This document shows positions 29,464-39,156 of a DNA stretch of 64,000 nucleotides, piece by piece; the stretch's first letter is position 1, and every line of letters begins with the position of its first letter. Source of the DNA: a bacterium (GTDB taxonomy: Bacteria > SAR324 > NAC60-12); the NCBI GenBank assembly GCA_965209155.1, contig OZ242383.1, forward strand, positions 1,120,001 to 1,184,000. The letters are read 5' to 3'. The notes under the pieces were generated by a model, which worked only from the letters and a program-made list of their open reading frames with translations, made no database searches and had not been told where the DNA came from. The position numbers and the translations under genes are program-made.

Positions 29464-29514
29464 GGGAGCTGGGAAGCCTGAGCCTCCGCGCCAAGGACCC
29501 TCCGGCTCCCTTTT
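29464..29514. terminator. Conserved hairpin after SBP2 (homologue 31698-31748 after SBP3)
   Basis: GGGAGC.GG...CC.[G/A]CTCCC stem followed by a T-run on the plus strand in both copies. Confidence 0.55.
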
Positions 29515-29542
29515 ATCAGGTCAGCCACAAGGGGTGTAACCC

Positions 29543-31549
29543 CTAATGACCCATTGCTGCCTTCAGCTCACTATCAATCCACAGGCGGGATAAGAAGACA
29601 TAGTCATTGCTTCCAAATTCGGCTTCACCGTTATAACCTATGACCCACGGCTGGGTCACAGCAAAAAGAGGAACTCTCGGACCCACGATCCACCAGTGCT
29701 TCTCTATGATGTACATATCTGCCTCGTTAACCAGCCTCATCTGCTCCTCAACGGTGGTAGCTGAGGCGGCGGCAACATACATGGCGTCATAAATCGGGTC
29801 ATTGACGTTGGGGGGGTTCCATCCTGATTTCGAGTAAGCCAGACTTATTGAGCCGATAGGGGGAGTATCGCGGTTGGAAACTTCAGTAAGCATACCTTGT
29901 CGTATCTCAGGGTCACCCTTAAGAGCGAGATGAGAAGCTCGGTCTTTTACCTCCATCTCTATACCAATGCCAATCGCACGCAAGTATTCCATGACTGTCA
30001 GGTAATAATTTAAATCGTAGGGCTCGTAGTGCTCATAGACAGTCTGGAATCGAATGCCGTCGGCGCCGCGCGGATATCCAGCCTCATCAAGCAACGCTTC
30101 GGCCCCTGCCGGGTCATACCTGTAGGTTTTCTTGATTTCTTCGGGCCACTCTTCAAATGGGGTGGTATACTCCATAAGAGCTCTCCCTACAGGCCCCGTA
30201 GGCGTCGTATCTGCCCAACCCTGCATGTACGTCTGGTTAATTGTCTCGAGGTCGATTGCCATCTGTATTGCCTGGCGCACCCTGATGTCGTTCCAGGGTG
30301 CCTTCTGGTTGTCAAAAGTCATAGCCGTTTCGGCAAAATAAGAAAACGGCCACAGGTTCAGTTCGGGGTTGGTCCGCTGGAGGCTCATTGCCGCGTCGAC
30401 ACTAGTTAATTGAGACTGGCCCGCCTTACCGATGAAATCAGCCTTACCCGAGCGCATTAACGCCAGAATTGTCGCTCTTTCCTTCATAACCAGGGCCCTT
30501 ATCTCGTCAACATAGGGCAGACGGTTCTCCGGGTATTTTTCGTCGAAGCCCCAGTAGTCAGGATTCTTGGTATAGGTGGCAGAGCTGCCCTCCACCCAGT
30601 CAGTCAGCTCAAAGGGCCCGGTACCGACCACATTCCTCCAATCCGTAACGTCGCCGTATTGCTCGATTACCTCGGGGGCTAATACCAAATTAGGCTCCTG
30701 GACCGTGATGTCCTTCAGCGTACCGGGAATTGGCTCCTTCAGCTTAAAAACAACCGTCCATTTGTCGGTGGCCGTTACCGATTCAATATTCAAGAGCCCT
30801 TCAGAATTCTTGACATAGGGGTAGAGGGGTGCATTCCCGGCCGGTTCGGTGAAACCGCTGCCGAGTCCCCAGATACGGTGTTGGTTGTACTCGATATCGG
30901 AGGCAGTCAGCTCCCGACCGTTCATCGGTGCCTTATTATGCCAGTGAACGCCCTTACGGATTTTGAAGATATAAGTTGCGGCGTCGGGCATTTCCCAGCT
31001 TTCAGCCAGCCGCCCTATAATGGCAGATTCAGGGAGCCAAATTGTTCTATAGTCATGTACGTCCCTATCTAATGCCCAGTTCGGGATGCCTAGCTTCTCA
31101 TTAACGAGCCCGATAGCGTGTGACGCGATGAGCACGATAGCGGGGTCAATACTCCCAGGCTCGAGCATGTTGACGTAAGTCAACGTACCGCCGTACTCTG
31201 GTGCGGTCACTACCTTACCGGTACTGGGGTCCGTCACATACTTCTGGGCTGCAGCCGGGCTGACCCAAAAGGCGGCCACCATCAGGGTGAGGGACAGCAG
31301 GATTGCACTGAAGGTTGATCTGCTTTTTTGATTTTCCATCTTTTTCCTTTCTGCGTTTTGATTAAAAACAAGATTTTGGATTGCTTTAAAACCTGCTTTC
31401 TTTCCCGAAAGCACGTTCTCAACGATGCTTTTACTTTTTTGACAGTTCATGGTGCTCCTTTCTGCGTTTTGATTAAAAACAAGATTGCGGGTTGCTTTAA
31501 AACCTGCTTTCGTTCCCGAAAGCACGTTCTTGACGATTTCTCTACACAT
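29543..31549 (-). CDS. Family-5 ABC substrate-binding protein (SBP2) with duplicated N-terminal leader
   Basis: Same motifs as SBP1; three in-frame ATGs (31549, 31450, 31339), each with an AAGGA RBS. Confidence 0.9.
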   Translation of the reverse strand: MCREIVKNVLSGTKAGFKATRNLVFNQNAERSTMNCQKSKSIVENVLSGKKAGFKAIQNLVFNQNAERKKMENQKSRSTFSAILLSLTLMVAAFWVSPAAAQKYVTDPSTGKVVTAPEYGGTLTYVNMLEPGSIDPAIVLIASHAIGLVNEKLGIPNWALDRDVHDYRTIWLPESAIIGRLAESWEMPDAATYIFKIRKGVHWHNKAPMNGRELTASDIEYNQHRIWGLGSGFTEPAGNAPLYPYVKNSEGLLNIESVTATDKWTVVFKLKEPIPGTLKDITVQEPNLVLAPEVIEQYGDVTDWRNVVGTGPFELTDWVEGSSATYTKNPDYWGFDEKYPENRLPYVDEIRALVMKERATILALMRSGKADFIGKAGQSQLTSVDAAMSLQRTNPELNLWPFSYFAETAMTFDNQKAPWNDIRVRQAIQMAIDLETINQTYMQGWADTTPTGPVGRALMEYTTPFEEWPEEIKKTYRYDPAGAEALLDEAGYPRGADGIRFQTVYEHYEPYDLNYYLTVMEYLRAIGIGIEMEVKDRASHLALKGDPEIRQGMLTEVSNRDTPPIGSISLAYSKSGWNPPNVNDPIYDAMYVAAASATTVEEQMRLVNEADMYIIEKHWWIVGPRVPLFAVTQPWVIGYNGEAEFGSNDYVFLSRLWIDSELKAAMGH

Positions 31550-31778
31550 GGGGTCTCCTTCATTTTGGAGTGATCAAAAAAACCGATTCATTGGCTCCAC
31601 GATGGGGCAATGAACCCTGAGCTTTCAATTTGCTCTAGGCATTTCCATCGGCTGAAATGATAGTGAGAAAGCGCTCCTCTCATTAGTTGAGGAGTATGGG
31701 AGCGGGGAAGCTTGAGCCCCCGCGCCAAGGCCCCCCGACTCCCTTTTTCCATGAGCTAAGCCAGAAGGGGTGAAACCC

Positions 31779-33770
31779 CTAATGACCCATTTCTTTCTTC
31801 ATCTCACTATCAATCCAGAGGCGGGCGAAAATGGTTTGCACTTGCAGTCCTCCCATACCACCTTCGCCGCCATACCCTGTGACCCATGGCTGGGTCACAG
31901 TAAACAGTGGGGCCTCAGGACCCCATATTCGCCAGAACCTCTCTATCGAGTACATATCCATCTCTTTTATCATCTCCTTCAGCTGCTCAAAGGAGGTGGC
32001 GTCCTCGGCTGCCTCGTACATGGCGTCATACACCGGGTCATTGACTGCAGGTTTGTTATCGACGTCTTCCGAGTGAGCGAAACTTACAGTATAAAATGGA
32101 TCAGCCTTAATACCCAATACCGTAGAAATCATGTCATGACTTCTTTCTCTAACCAGGGCATGGTGTTCGGTACCTGTAGTCACCTTCAACTTCACATCGA
32201 CGCCAATATCACTCCAGTATGCTTGGGCCAATTCTTTATAGCTCACATCCCCGCTGTAGTTAAGCGTGACCGTGAATCTAATTCCGTCCGCGCCGCGAGT
32301 TAATCCAGCCGCATCAAGCAACGCTTCGGCACCTTCAGGGTTATAAGCAAAACCATCCTTGACTTGCTGAGGCCACTCGTCATACGGGAAAAAATACCCT
32401 GGCAATCCTACCGTCCCCTTGGGTATTGGGTCTCCTAAACCCTTAAGGAAGGTCTCGTTCACTGTCTCGAGGTCCAGTGCCATCTGCATGGCCTTTCGCA
32501 CCCTGACGTCGTCAAAGGGCGGCCTACTCGTGTTGAGAGCAAAACAATTTTCCGACCGTTCCGCCCATGGGTATATCACGAGCTCGGGATTTGTCTGCTC
32601 GAGTCTCTCTTTCAAATCGATATTTCTTACTGGGGAGAAGCCCTGCCAGCCCATGAAGTCAATGAGACCGGAGCGTATTGCCGCCACAGCTGCTGCTTCC
32701 TCGGGTATGATCAGCATCCTAAGCTCGTCGATATAAGGCAGACGGTTCTCCGGGTATTTTTCGTCGTGGCCCCAGTAATCAGGATTCTTGGTCCAGGTCC
32801 AGGAGCTACCCTCGACACGGTCAGTCAGCTCAAAGGGGCCTGTACCGACCACGTTTCTCCAATCATTCATACCGCCGTATTGCTCGATTACCTCTGGGGG
32901 GTATATATACGAAATATTCGAATCCTGGATATGGATCGGGGCAGAAAGGAATGGCTTTTTCATCTTAAAAACCACTGTCCAATTGTCGGTGGCTGTTATC
33001 GACTCGAATGGCAGGGTTTGGAGCTGACCTGGGGCTATACTCGGTTCGGTGAAGCCGCTGCCCAGACCCAATACGCGGTGATAGTTATATTCGATATCCT
33101 TGGCAGTCAGCTCCCGACCGGACATAGGTGCCTTGTTATGCCAGTGAACTCCTTTGCGGATGTGAAAGATGTTAGTCAGTGGGTCGGGCGTTTCCCAGCT
33201 TTCAGCCAGCGCCCCCGTCATGGCGTATAGAGGCAACTGGTAGCCACCCACAAAAGGATATTCGTCCCTATCGATTGCCCAGTCCGCGATGGTCAGCTTC
33301 TCTAAAACGCCACTGAGAATAAATCCCACTACATGATAATCTATAGTGTCAAGACTCCCAGTATAATTGAAAGCCGTCCTATGGGTCAGTGTCCCGCCAT
33401 ACTCAGGTGCACTCACCATTTTACCAGTGGTGGGATCCATCACCATCTTTTTTTCAGCCCCGACGGCCGAATTGACCCCAAAGGCGGCCACCATCAGGGT
33501 AAAAGTGAGTAACAAGAGTTGCATCCCCGCTCCCCGCTTTCGCTGGGACAAGTTTACGAGGACAAGTTTTTGTACAGCGGACAAAGAGCCTGCCAAGTTC
33601 AGCCTCCCGAGAAAGGCGACAAATTTCTTTATAAAACCCATATTTACCTCTTTTATTTGAGGGTTTATAGAATGATTCACCCGTCTTGGGGCAAATCGGA
33701 TTTTCGCAGCAGACACGACGCCTGCCACGGTCAGCCCAACAAATCGGGCCAGAAAATTCTTAAGATACAT
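31779..33770 (-). CDS. Family-5 ABC substrate-binding protein (SBP3)
   Basis: PEYGGTL, LAESW, VGTGPF, YPENRLPYID, LWIDSEMKKEMGH; extended leader, true start uncertain. Confidence 0.9.
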   Translation of the reverse strand: MYLKNFLARFVGLTVAGVVSAAKIRFAPRRVNHSINPQIKEVNMGFIKKFVAFLGRLNLAGSLSAVQKLVLVNLSQRKRGAGMQLLLLTFTLMVAAFGVNSAVGAEKKMVMDPTTGKMVSAPEYGGTLTHRTAFNYTGSLDTIDYHVVGFILSGVLEKLTIADWAIDRDEYPFVGGYQLPLYAMTGALAESWETPDPLTNIFHIRKGVHWHNKAPMSGRELTAKDIEYNYHRVLGLGSGFTEPSIAPGQLQTLPFESITATDNWTVVFKMKKPFLSAPIHIQDSNISYIYPPEVIEQYGGMNDWRNVVGTGPFELTDRVEGSSWTWTKNPDYWGHDEKYPENRLPYIDELRMLIIPEEAAAVAAIRSGLIDFMGWQGFSPVRNIDLKERLEQTNPELVIYPWAERSENCFALNTSRPPFDDVRVRKAMQMALDLETVNETFLKGLGDPIPKGTVGLPGYFFPYDEWPQQVKDGFAYNPEGAEALLDAAGLTRGADGIRFTVTLNYSGDVSYKELAQAYWSDIGVDVKLKVTTGTEHHALVRERSHDMISTVLGIKADPFYTVSFAHSEDVDNKPAVNDPVYDAMYEAAEDATSFEQLKEMIKEMDMYSIERFWRIWGPEAPLFTVTQPWVTGYGGEGGMGGLQVQTIFARLWIDSEMKKEMGH

Positions 33771-33796
33771 TGGAACCTTATTCTTACATAATTGAG

Positions 33797-34135
33797 CGTA
33801 ACTATTCAGGTCTCTGAAAAACCCGTTTAGCTAAATATCATTAAAAAAGATTCCCGGAGAGGATCGATCGTTTTCAAGTCCTCCCACGATATGGTTCCAT
33901 CGATCGGGAACCCTTTTTTTCACTAAAACAACTTAGTGAAGGCATGATTTTGGCAATATACACACATTTTTAGTATAATGTCAACCCCCAAATAAAAAAA
34001 AATGCAGGATTCGTAAAAAAATTAAAAATCTATCAATCAGGAAGATCCGCTTCTTGATGATCATGAGCCAAAAAGCGAAGGTTCACTCCACAATCCAGTG
34101 TTTTTTCCAATGGCGATAATGATCGTAAACGCTTT
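33797..34135 (-). promoter_or_regulatory. SBP promoter/leader cassette, copy A
   Basis: TTGACA..TATATT promoter and structured leader; homologous to 41167-41412 and (inverted) 58521-58853. Confidence 0.75.
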
Positions 34136-34484
34136 CAATGAATCGCTTAGTAAGATGTGAAATATATGTGCAAAATGAAAAACCACTATACCGTTTTTAC
34201 CAGCAAAACGGTATCGGCCGATTGGGTAGGCGCTTCCCTGAAAAAAGGGCAGGTGCAGGCTTTCCGTAGAGATCTATTCTTTTCAATCTTTGAAAAATGG
34301 AAAATCAAACCCTGTTGTGCTATATTAAAAGCCTATTTTCCTCGTCAACAAATCAAACCCGCCACCCATTTTTTTGTAAATGATCAGTCCATTTCTTTGC
34401 CCTTCGTTTATGCCCTCTACAACGATTTTCTTAATAATAGACTTCTAGCAAAGCCTGAACGGTATTTTAGGTATGGAGCCCAAC

Positions 34485-36179
34485 ATGAGTCCTGAGACCT
34501 TACGCAAGATGATCAATGATGGAGAAACTATGGATGTGGAGTTCAAAGGAGAAGCCCATCGACACCTTAATGACCGGGAACTGTTAGAAACGGTTATTTG
34601 TCTAGCAAATCGCTCCGCAGAAACCCCAGGATATTTATTGATTGGTGTTGAAGATAATGGCCATATCACAGGAGCCCGCCCTCGCCATGAAGCTGGTATT
34701 ACCGACCCACAACGTATCCGGGCTCTGATTGCTAATAATACACAACCCGCTCTTTCATGTCGTATTGAAATAATGGTACTGGAAGAAGGAGAAATTCTGG
34801 TGATTGAGGTCCCCTCAAGCCGAACTCCGGTAGGAACGACCAAAGGGGTTTATTTGAGGCGGGCCATTGGAGGAAAGGGACAACCGGAGTGTCTTCCTTT
34901 TCACTATCATGAAATGCAAACCTATCAAGCGGACCGCGGATCGCTGGATTATTCTGCGCTTGTCATCCCTGAAGCCCTTTGGGAAGACCTGGATCCTCTT
35001 GAATTTGAACGATTCCGACGGAATATCCGAGAGAGCCGAGGGCGGGGAGATACGAGTTTGTTAGATTTACCTGATCTTGAACTTGCGAAAGCATTGGGAG
35101 CGGTAGAAGCCAATCACGGGGTGAAAGCAGTTCGGGTGCTGGGTTTGTTGCTCTTTGGCAGAGAAGATTCCCTCAATCGTTTCCTTCCCACTCACGAAGC
35201 AGCTTTTCAGAAACTGACCGGTATCCAAATTGTGATGAACGAATTTTTTCGCTATCCCTTATTAAGAGTGATGGATGAACTGCTTTCCCGGTTTCATACT
35301 CGTAGTCAGGAAGAAGAGGTATTGGTCGGGATGCTTCGTATTGGAGTTTCGGATTATGCTGAAAGAGCGTTTCGTGAGGCCCTTGCAAACGCTTTCATTC
35401 ACCGGGATTACACTCGTCTTGGTTCCGTTCATGTACAATGGCATCCTCATCAAATCGAGATCTCTAATCCCGGAGGATTTCCCGAGGGAGTGAGGTTGGA
35501 CAATATATTGGTCACTCCTCCCCGCTCTCGAAATCCTTTATTGGCTGATGCTTTTAAGCGGGCAGGGATTGTCGAACGAACAGCCAGAGGGATTGACACT
35601 ATTTTCTACGAACAATTGAGAAACGGACGACTGGCTCCTCATTATGAACGCAGCACTCCTACTGACGTAATACTGGTCTTACCAGGGGGGAAGGCCCACC
35701 TTAATTTTGTCCGGCTTGTCGCCCAGGAAAACCAAAATGGAGACACCTTAACCCTGGATGATCTCCTGATTCTCAATGGCCTTTGGTTGGAACGTGATCT
35801 GGATGCTGCCCGGGCTGCAAGATTGATTCAAAAACCGGAATCAGAAGCCAAGGGTGTACTGGGACACCTGATTGAAGCGGGATTAGTGGAATCAAGAGGA
35901 GGACGCAAAGTTAGGCGTTACCTTCTCTCCACCCAAACTTATCGTCGTTTAGGGGAGGACTCAGCGAATAGTCGTCAACACGGATTCGAACCTTTACCAC
36001 AAGAACAGATGATTTTGCAGTATGTGAACAAACAGGGTCGCATCACCCGCAGAGAAACAGCTGAATTATGCCAGATTGGCTCGGATCAGGCTAAACGACT
36101 CCTTAAAAAATTAGTAGCAACAGGAAAACTGGTACAACACGGAGAAAAAAAAGGGACATGGTATACAAACCGCCCATAA
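34485..36179 (+). CDS. AlbA_2 (Schlafen-like) + HATPase_c_4 + winged-HTH protein
   Basis: GETMDVEFK..CLAN...GYLLIGVEDNG; REALANAFIHRDY, ISNPGG, SRNPLLA, VERTARGI; C-terminal HTHs. Confidence 0.85.
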   Translation: MSPETLRKMINDGETMDVEFKGEAHRHLNDRELLETVICLANRSAETPGYLLIGVEDNGHITGARPRHEAGITDPQRIRALIANNTQPALSCRIEIMVLEEGEILVIEVPSSRTPVGTTKGVYLRRAIGGKGQPECLPFHYHEMQTYQADRGSLDYSALVIPEALWEDLDPLEFERFRRNIRESRGRGDTSLLDLPDLELAKALGAVEANHGVKAVRVLGLLLFGREDSLNRFLPTHEAAFQKLTGIQIVMNEFFRYPLLRVMDELLSRFHTRSQEEEVLVGMLRIGVSDYAERAFREALANAFIHRDYTRLGSVHVQWHPHQIEISNPGGFPEGVRLDNILVTPPRSRNPLLADAFKRAGIVERTARGIDTIFYEQLRNGRLAPHYERSTPTDVILVLPGGKAHLNFVRLVAQENQNGDTLTLDDLLILNGLWLERDLDAARAARLIQKPESEAKGVLGHLIEAGLVESRGGRKVRRYLLSTQTYRRLGEDSANSRQHGFEPLPQEQMILQYVNKQGRITRRETAELCQIGSDQAKRLLKKLVATGKLVQHGEKKGTWYTNRP

Positions 36180-36276
36180 ATATGGACTCATCTAAAAAAA
36201 TATGGGCGCGCCCATAAATATGGGAAAAAATAAGGGTCGACGCGCGGATCAGTCCTCTGATTCCCTGGGTGAACGC

Positions 36277-36605
36277 TCAAAGATCCCTAAAATGATTGCC
36301 CCAGTCGGGAAACCTTTTGAAGTCCTGGTACTTATTCAAAATGCGGATGGCCGTTCTCCCTTTGACCATGCCGACAAAATCAGAGACCGCTCCTTTCGGA
36401 GGGATCATCACTAAAAGATGAACGTGATCTATTTGAACATTCAATTCCACCAGTTCAAACTTTTTTTGTCCGGGAAAAATCCGGATACAACGATCAACTT
36501 CCTCGCCAAGGGACCATGAAGGACACGATAACGATATTTCGGACACCAAACTATATGATATTGGCAATACCAGATGGTATGTGTTAATTTTCTGAATCGA
36601 CTCAT
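36277..36605 (-). pseudogene. tnpA: IS200/IS605 TnpA transposase, frameshifted and truncated
   Basis: MSRFRKLTHTIWYCQYHIVWCPKYRYRVL, frameshift near 36510, DHVHLL (HUH), KGRTA, ends at WGNHF before the catalytic Tyr; left-end hairpin CCCCGCCC-AAA-GGGCGGGG near 36693-36711. Confidence 0.85.
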
Positions 36606-37038
36606 AATTACCTTTTTGGTTAAAGTTGTGGGGACAACTACAACCTAAAGTGTAACTATGAGTCGCTCAAGTGGCAAAGCCTTAGTTTTTTACCCCGCCC
36701 AAAGGGCGGGGATTTCCAGGCTCGATTAAAGAGGACGGATTTCAACTTGTTTGGTCTTACATCTTGCAAAGTGAAAACGAAGCAAATCCATACAGTCTCC
36801 GCCTCTGGTAGCGCAAGTCCCAGGGGCGCCAGTACAAATACAACGCCGAGTGGCTGGCGACGGGAAAGCGGTGAACCCATGATGCCGTTGGATCATTGGT
36901 TCAGGACCTATCACAATGGCTCTCACGAGGCCCACGAAGCGATCCTGAAGAAGCAAGCCCAGAAAAACAGAAGGTACAGTGCCTGGAATGCAATAGCTAA
37001 CTCAAATGGATGTTTGACTAAGGGCTCCTTTTGTCCGT

Positions 37039-38010
37039 TTACCATTTGAAAGGGTGGATCAGTCGGGCCAGGAGGCCTCTTTTGCGTTTCACCTTCGCGG
37101 TGCCGTAACGGCCCTCACCGCCTCGCAGGCGGGGATCGAGCAGGTCCCGCAGGGCATCGCCGAACATGTTGAGGGAGTAGACGACAATCGTCAGGCACAG
37201 CCCCGGCCAGAAAGCCAGCCGTGGCGCCTGCTCCATGTACTGGCGTCCCTCGCGGCTGAGCATCGCGCCCCAGTCGGGAAACGCAGGAGGCAGACCGTAT
37301 CCGAGAAAGCTCAGAGCGGCTGCGGAGAGGATGTTGCCTCCGATGTTGACCGAGAAGATGATGATCAGGGGAGCTACGATATTGGGCAGGACATGCCGCA
37401 TCAGGGTTTTGAGGGTGGGGCTGCCCACGGCCTGGACGGCCAGGAAGTAGTCATTCTCTTTAATGCCGATCACGGCGCCCCGGGGGACGCGGGAGCCACT
37501 AATCCCTCCGGTGATCCCCAGCACCACGATGATCTGGAATAAACCCGTCCCCACGATGGACATGATGGTTAACAAGAGCAGCAGTCCCGGAAAACACATC
37601 CAGGCATCGACCAAGCGCTGCACCACCAGGTCGAATTTCCCGCCAATGAATCCGGAAGTGCCGCCGATGAGGACCGCGACGAGCACATTGAGCGTGGTGG
37701 CGACCAGTCCGACAATCAAGGAAAGACGCGCCCCATGGATCAGGCGGCTCAACAAGTCGCGCCCGATATGGTCGGTGCCCAGGAGATACCGGGCGGAGGG
37801 GCCCTGAAACCGGTCTCTCAGGTGCATTTCATAAAAGGGATAAGGCGCCAGCGCATCGGCAAAGATGGCCACAAAAATCAAGAGCAAGACGATCATTCCG
37901 CAGGCCATCCCCAGGGGCTTCTCCTTGAGCAGCCTGATCAGGAAATCCGCAAAACGGCCTCGTCGCTTGCGGTCCTTGATGACGGATGGGGTTTCTTTGG
38001 TGTTATTCAT
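37039..38010 (-). CDS. ABC permease DppC/OppC type (copy 2)
   Basis: Paralogue of 5459-6427 with the same motifs. Confidence 0.92.
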   Translation of the reverse strand: MNNTKETPSVIKDRKRRGRFADFLIRLLKEKPLGMACGMIVLLLIFVAIFADALAPYPFYEMHLRDRFQGPSARYLLGTDHIGRDLLSRLIHGARLSLIVGLVATTLNVLVAVLIGGTSGFIGGKFDLVVQRLVDAWMCFPGLLLLLTIMSIVGTGLFQIIVVLGITGGISGSRVPRGAVIGIKENDYFLAVQAVGSPTLKTLMRHVLPNIVAPLIIIFSVNIGGNILSAAALSFLGYGLPPAFPDWGAMLSREGRQYMEQAPRLAFWPGLCLTIVVYSLNMFGDALRDLLDPRLRGGEGRYGTAKVKRKRGLLARLIHPFKW

Positions 38011-38150
38011 GATCCCGATTTCTCTAAAGGTAGGGCCGGGTAACGTCCCGGCTTAAAAAACGCATCGCTCGCATTGGCCGGGACGTCACCCGGCCCTACC
38101 GTTTTCTTGGTGATATTAATCCTAACTCCTAACCCCTGTCGCGCCAGCGA

Positions 38151-39149
38151 CTATTCATACCGCACCCTCGGGTCCAAATAGGGATAAATCAGGTCGATGA
38201 GGAGATTGATCCCCATCACCCCGGCGGCGAAAAACAGGTTGACTCCGGAGACCACCGGGTAGTCTCGGTCCTGGAGTGCCAGCAGCAAGAGACGACCGAT
38301 CCCCGGCAGGTTGAAGATGTTCTCCATGATCACGGCGCCCCCGACCAGGAGAGGCAACTGCAGGCCGATCAGGGTGATAACCGGGATGAAGGCATTCTTT
38401 ACGGCGTGTCTCACTACGACGACCCGCTCCTTGAGACCCTTGGCCCAGGCGGTGCGGATATAGTCCTGCCTTAAGACCTCCAGCATCATGGTGCGCGTCA
38501 TCCGCATCGTGGCTGCAGCCGATGCCGTCCCCAGAATCAGGCTGGGAATGATGAACATGCCGAGATTCCCCAGCGGGTCTTCGGTGAAGGGAATCAGCTC
38601 CATCGAGGGCGACCAGCCCCACCAGATTACCGGGTAGAGCATGACCATAATACCCAGCCAGAAGTTCGGCGTGGCCAGACCGATGATGGCGAAGGTGCGC
38701 CCCAGGTAGTCGGCGGCCGTATCCTGGCGAATCGCCGAGTAGATGCCGACCGGCAGCGCGATCAACAGCCCGATGACGATGGCCAGGACACCAAGCTCCA
38801 GGGTGACGGGCAATCGAATGAATATCTCCACCTCTACCGGCCAACCGCCCAGCAGGGATTTGCCCAGGCTGCCCTGGAGGATACCGTTGAAGCGGGACTC
38901 ACCGGTAACCCAGTCAGGGGTCGGCAACACTCCGATCCAGCGTCCATACTGCACGTAGACGGGCACGTCCAGTCCCAGCATATGCTCAAGAGCTTCACGG
39001 TCTACATGGCCCAGGTCGCGCATCATATCACCCACCATTGTGTCTATTATATCGCCCGGGATGAAGCGGACCGAGAGAAAGACCAGGATACTCAATAGAA
39101 ACAGGGTGGGGATAATCAGCAATAACCGCCTGATGATATAGGCTCTCAT
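38151..39149 (-). CDS. ABC permease DppB/OppB type (copy 2)
   Basis: Paralogue of 6516-7475 with the same motifs. Confidence 0.92.
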   Translation of the reverse strand: MRAYIIRRLLLIIPTLFLLSILVFLSVRFIPGDIIDTMVGDMMRDLGHVDREALEHMLGLDVPVYVQYGRWIGVLPTPDWVTGESRFNGILQGSLGKSLLGGWPVEVEIFIRLPVTLELGVLAIVIGLLIALPVGIYSAIRQDTAADYLGRTFAIIGLATPNFWLGIMVMLYPVIWWGWSPSMELIPFTEDPLGNLGMFIIPSLILGTASAAATMRMTRTMMLEVLRQDYIRTAWAKGLKERVVVVRHAVKNAFIPVITLIGLQLPLLVGGAVIMENIFNLPGIGRLLLLALQDRDYPVVSGVNLFFAAGVMGINLLIDLIYPYLDPRVRYE

Positions 39150-39156
39150 ATGAACC

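Noticed and set aside
36693..36711. tnpA pseudogene as the cognate mobiliser of the 51.5-kb element
   Set aside because: Its end hairpin sequence differs from the CACC.GC-TCT-GC.GGTG hairpins, and the gene is broken
36720..37030. Short ORFs between the IS200 end and dppC copy 2
   Set aside because: No recognisable motifs or RBS in any frame; probably decayed sequence
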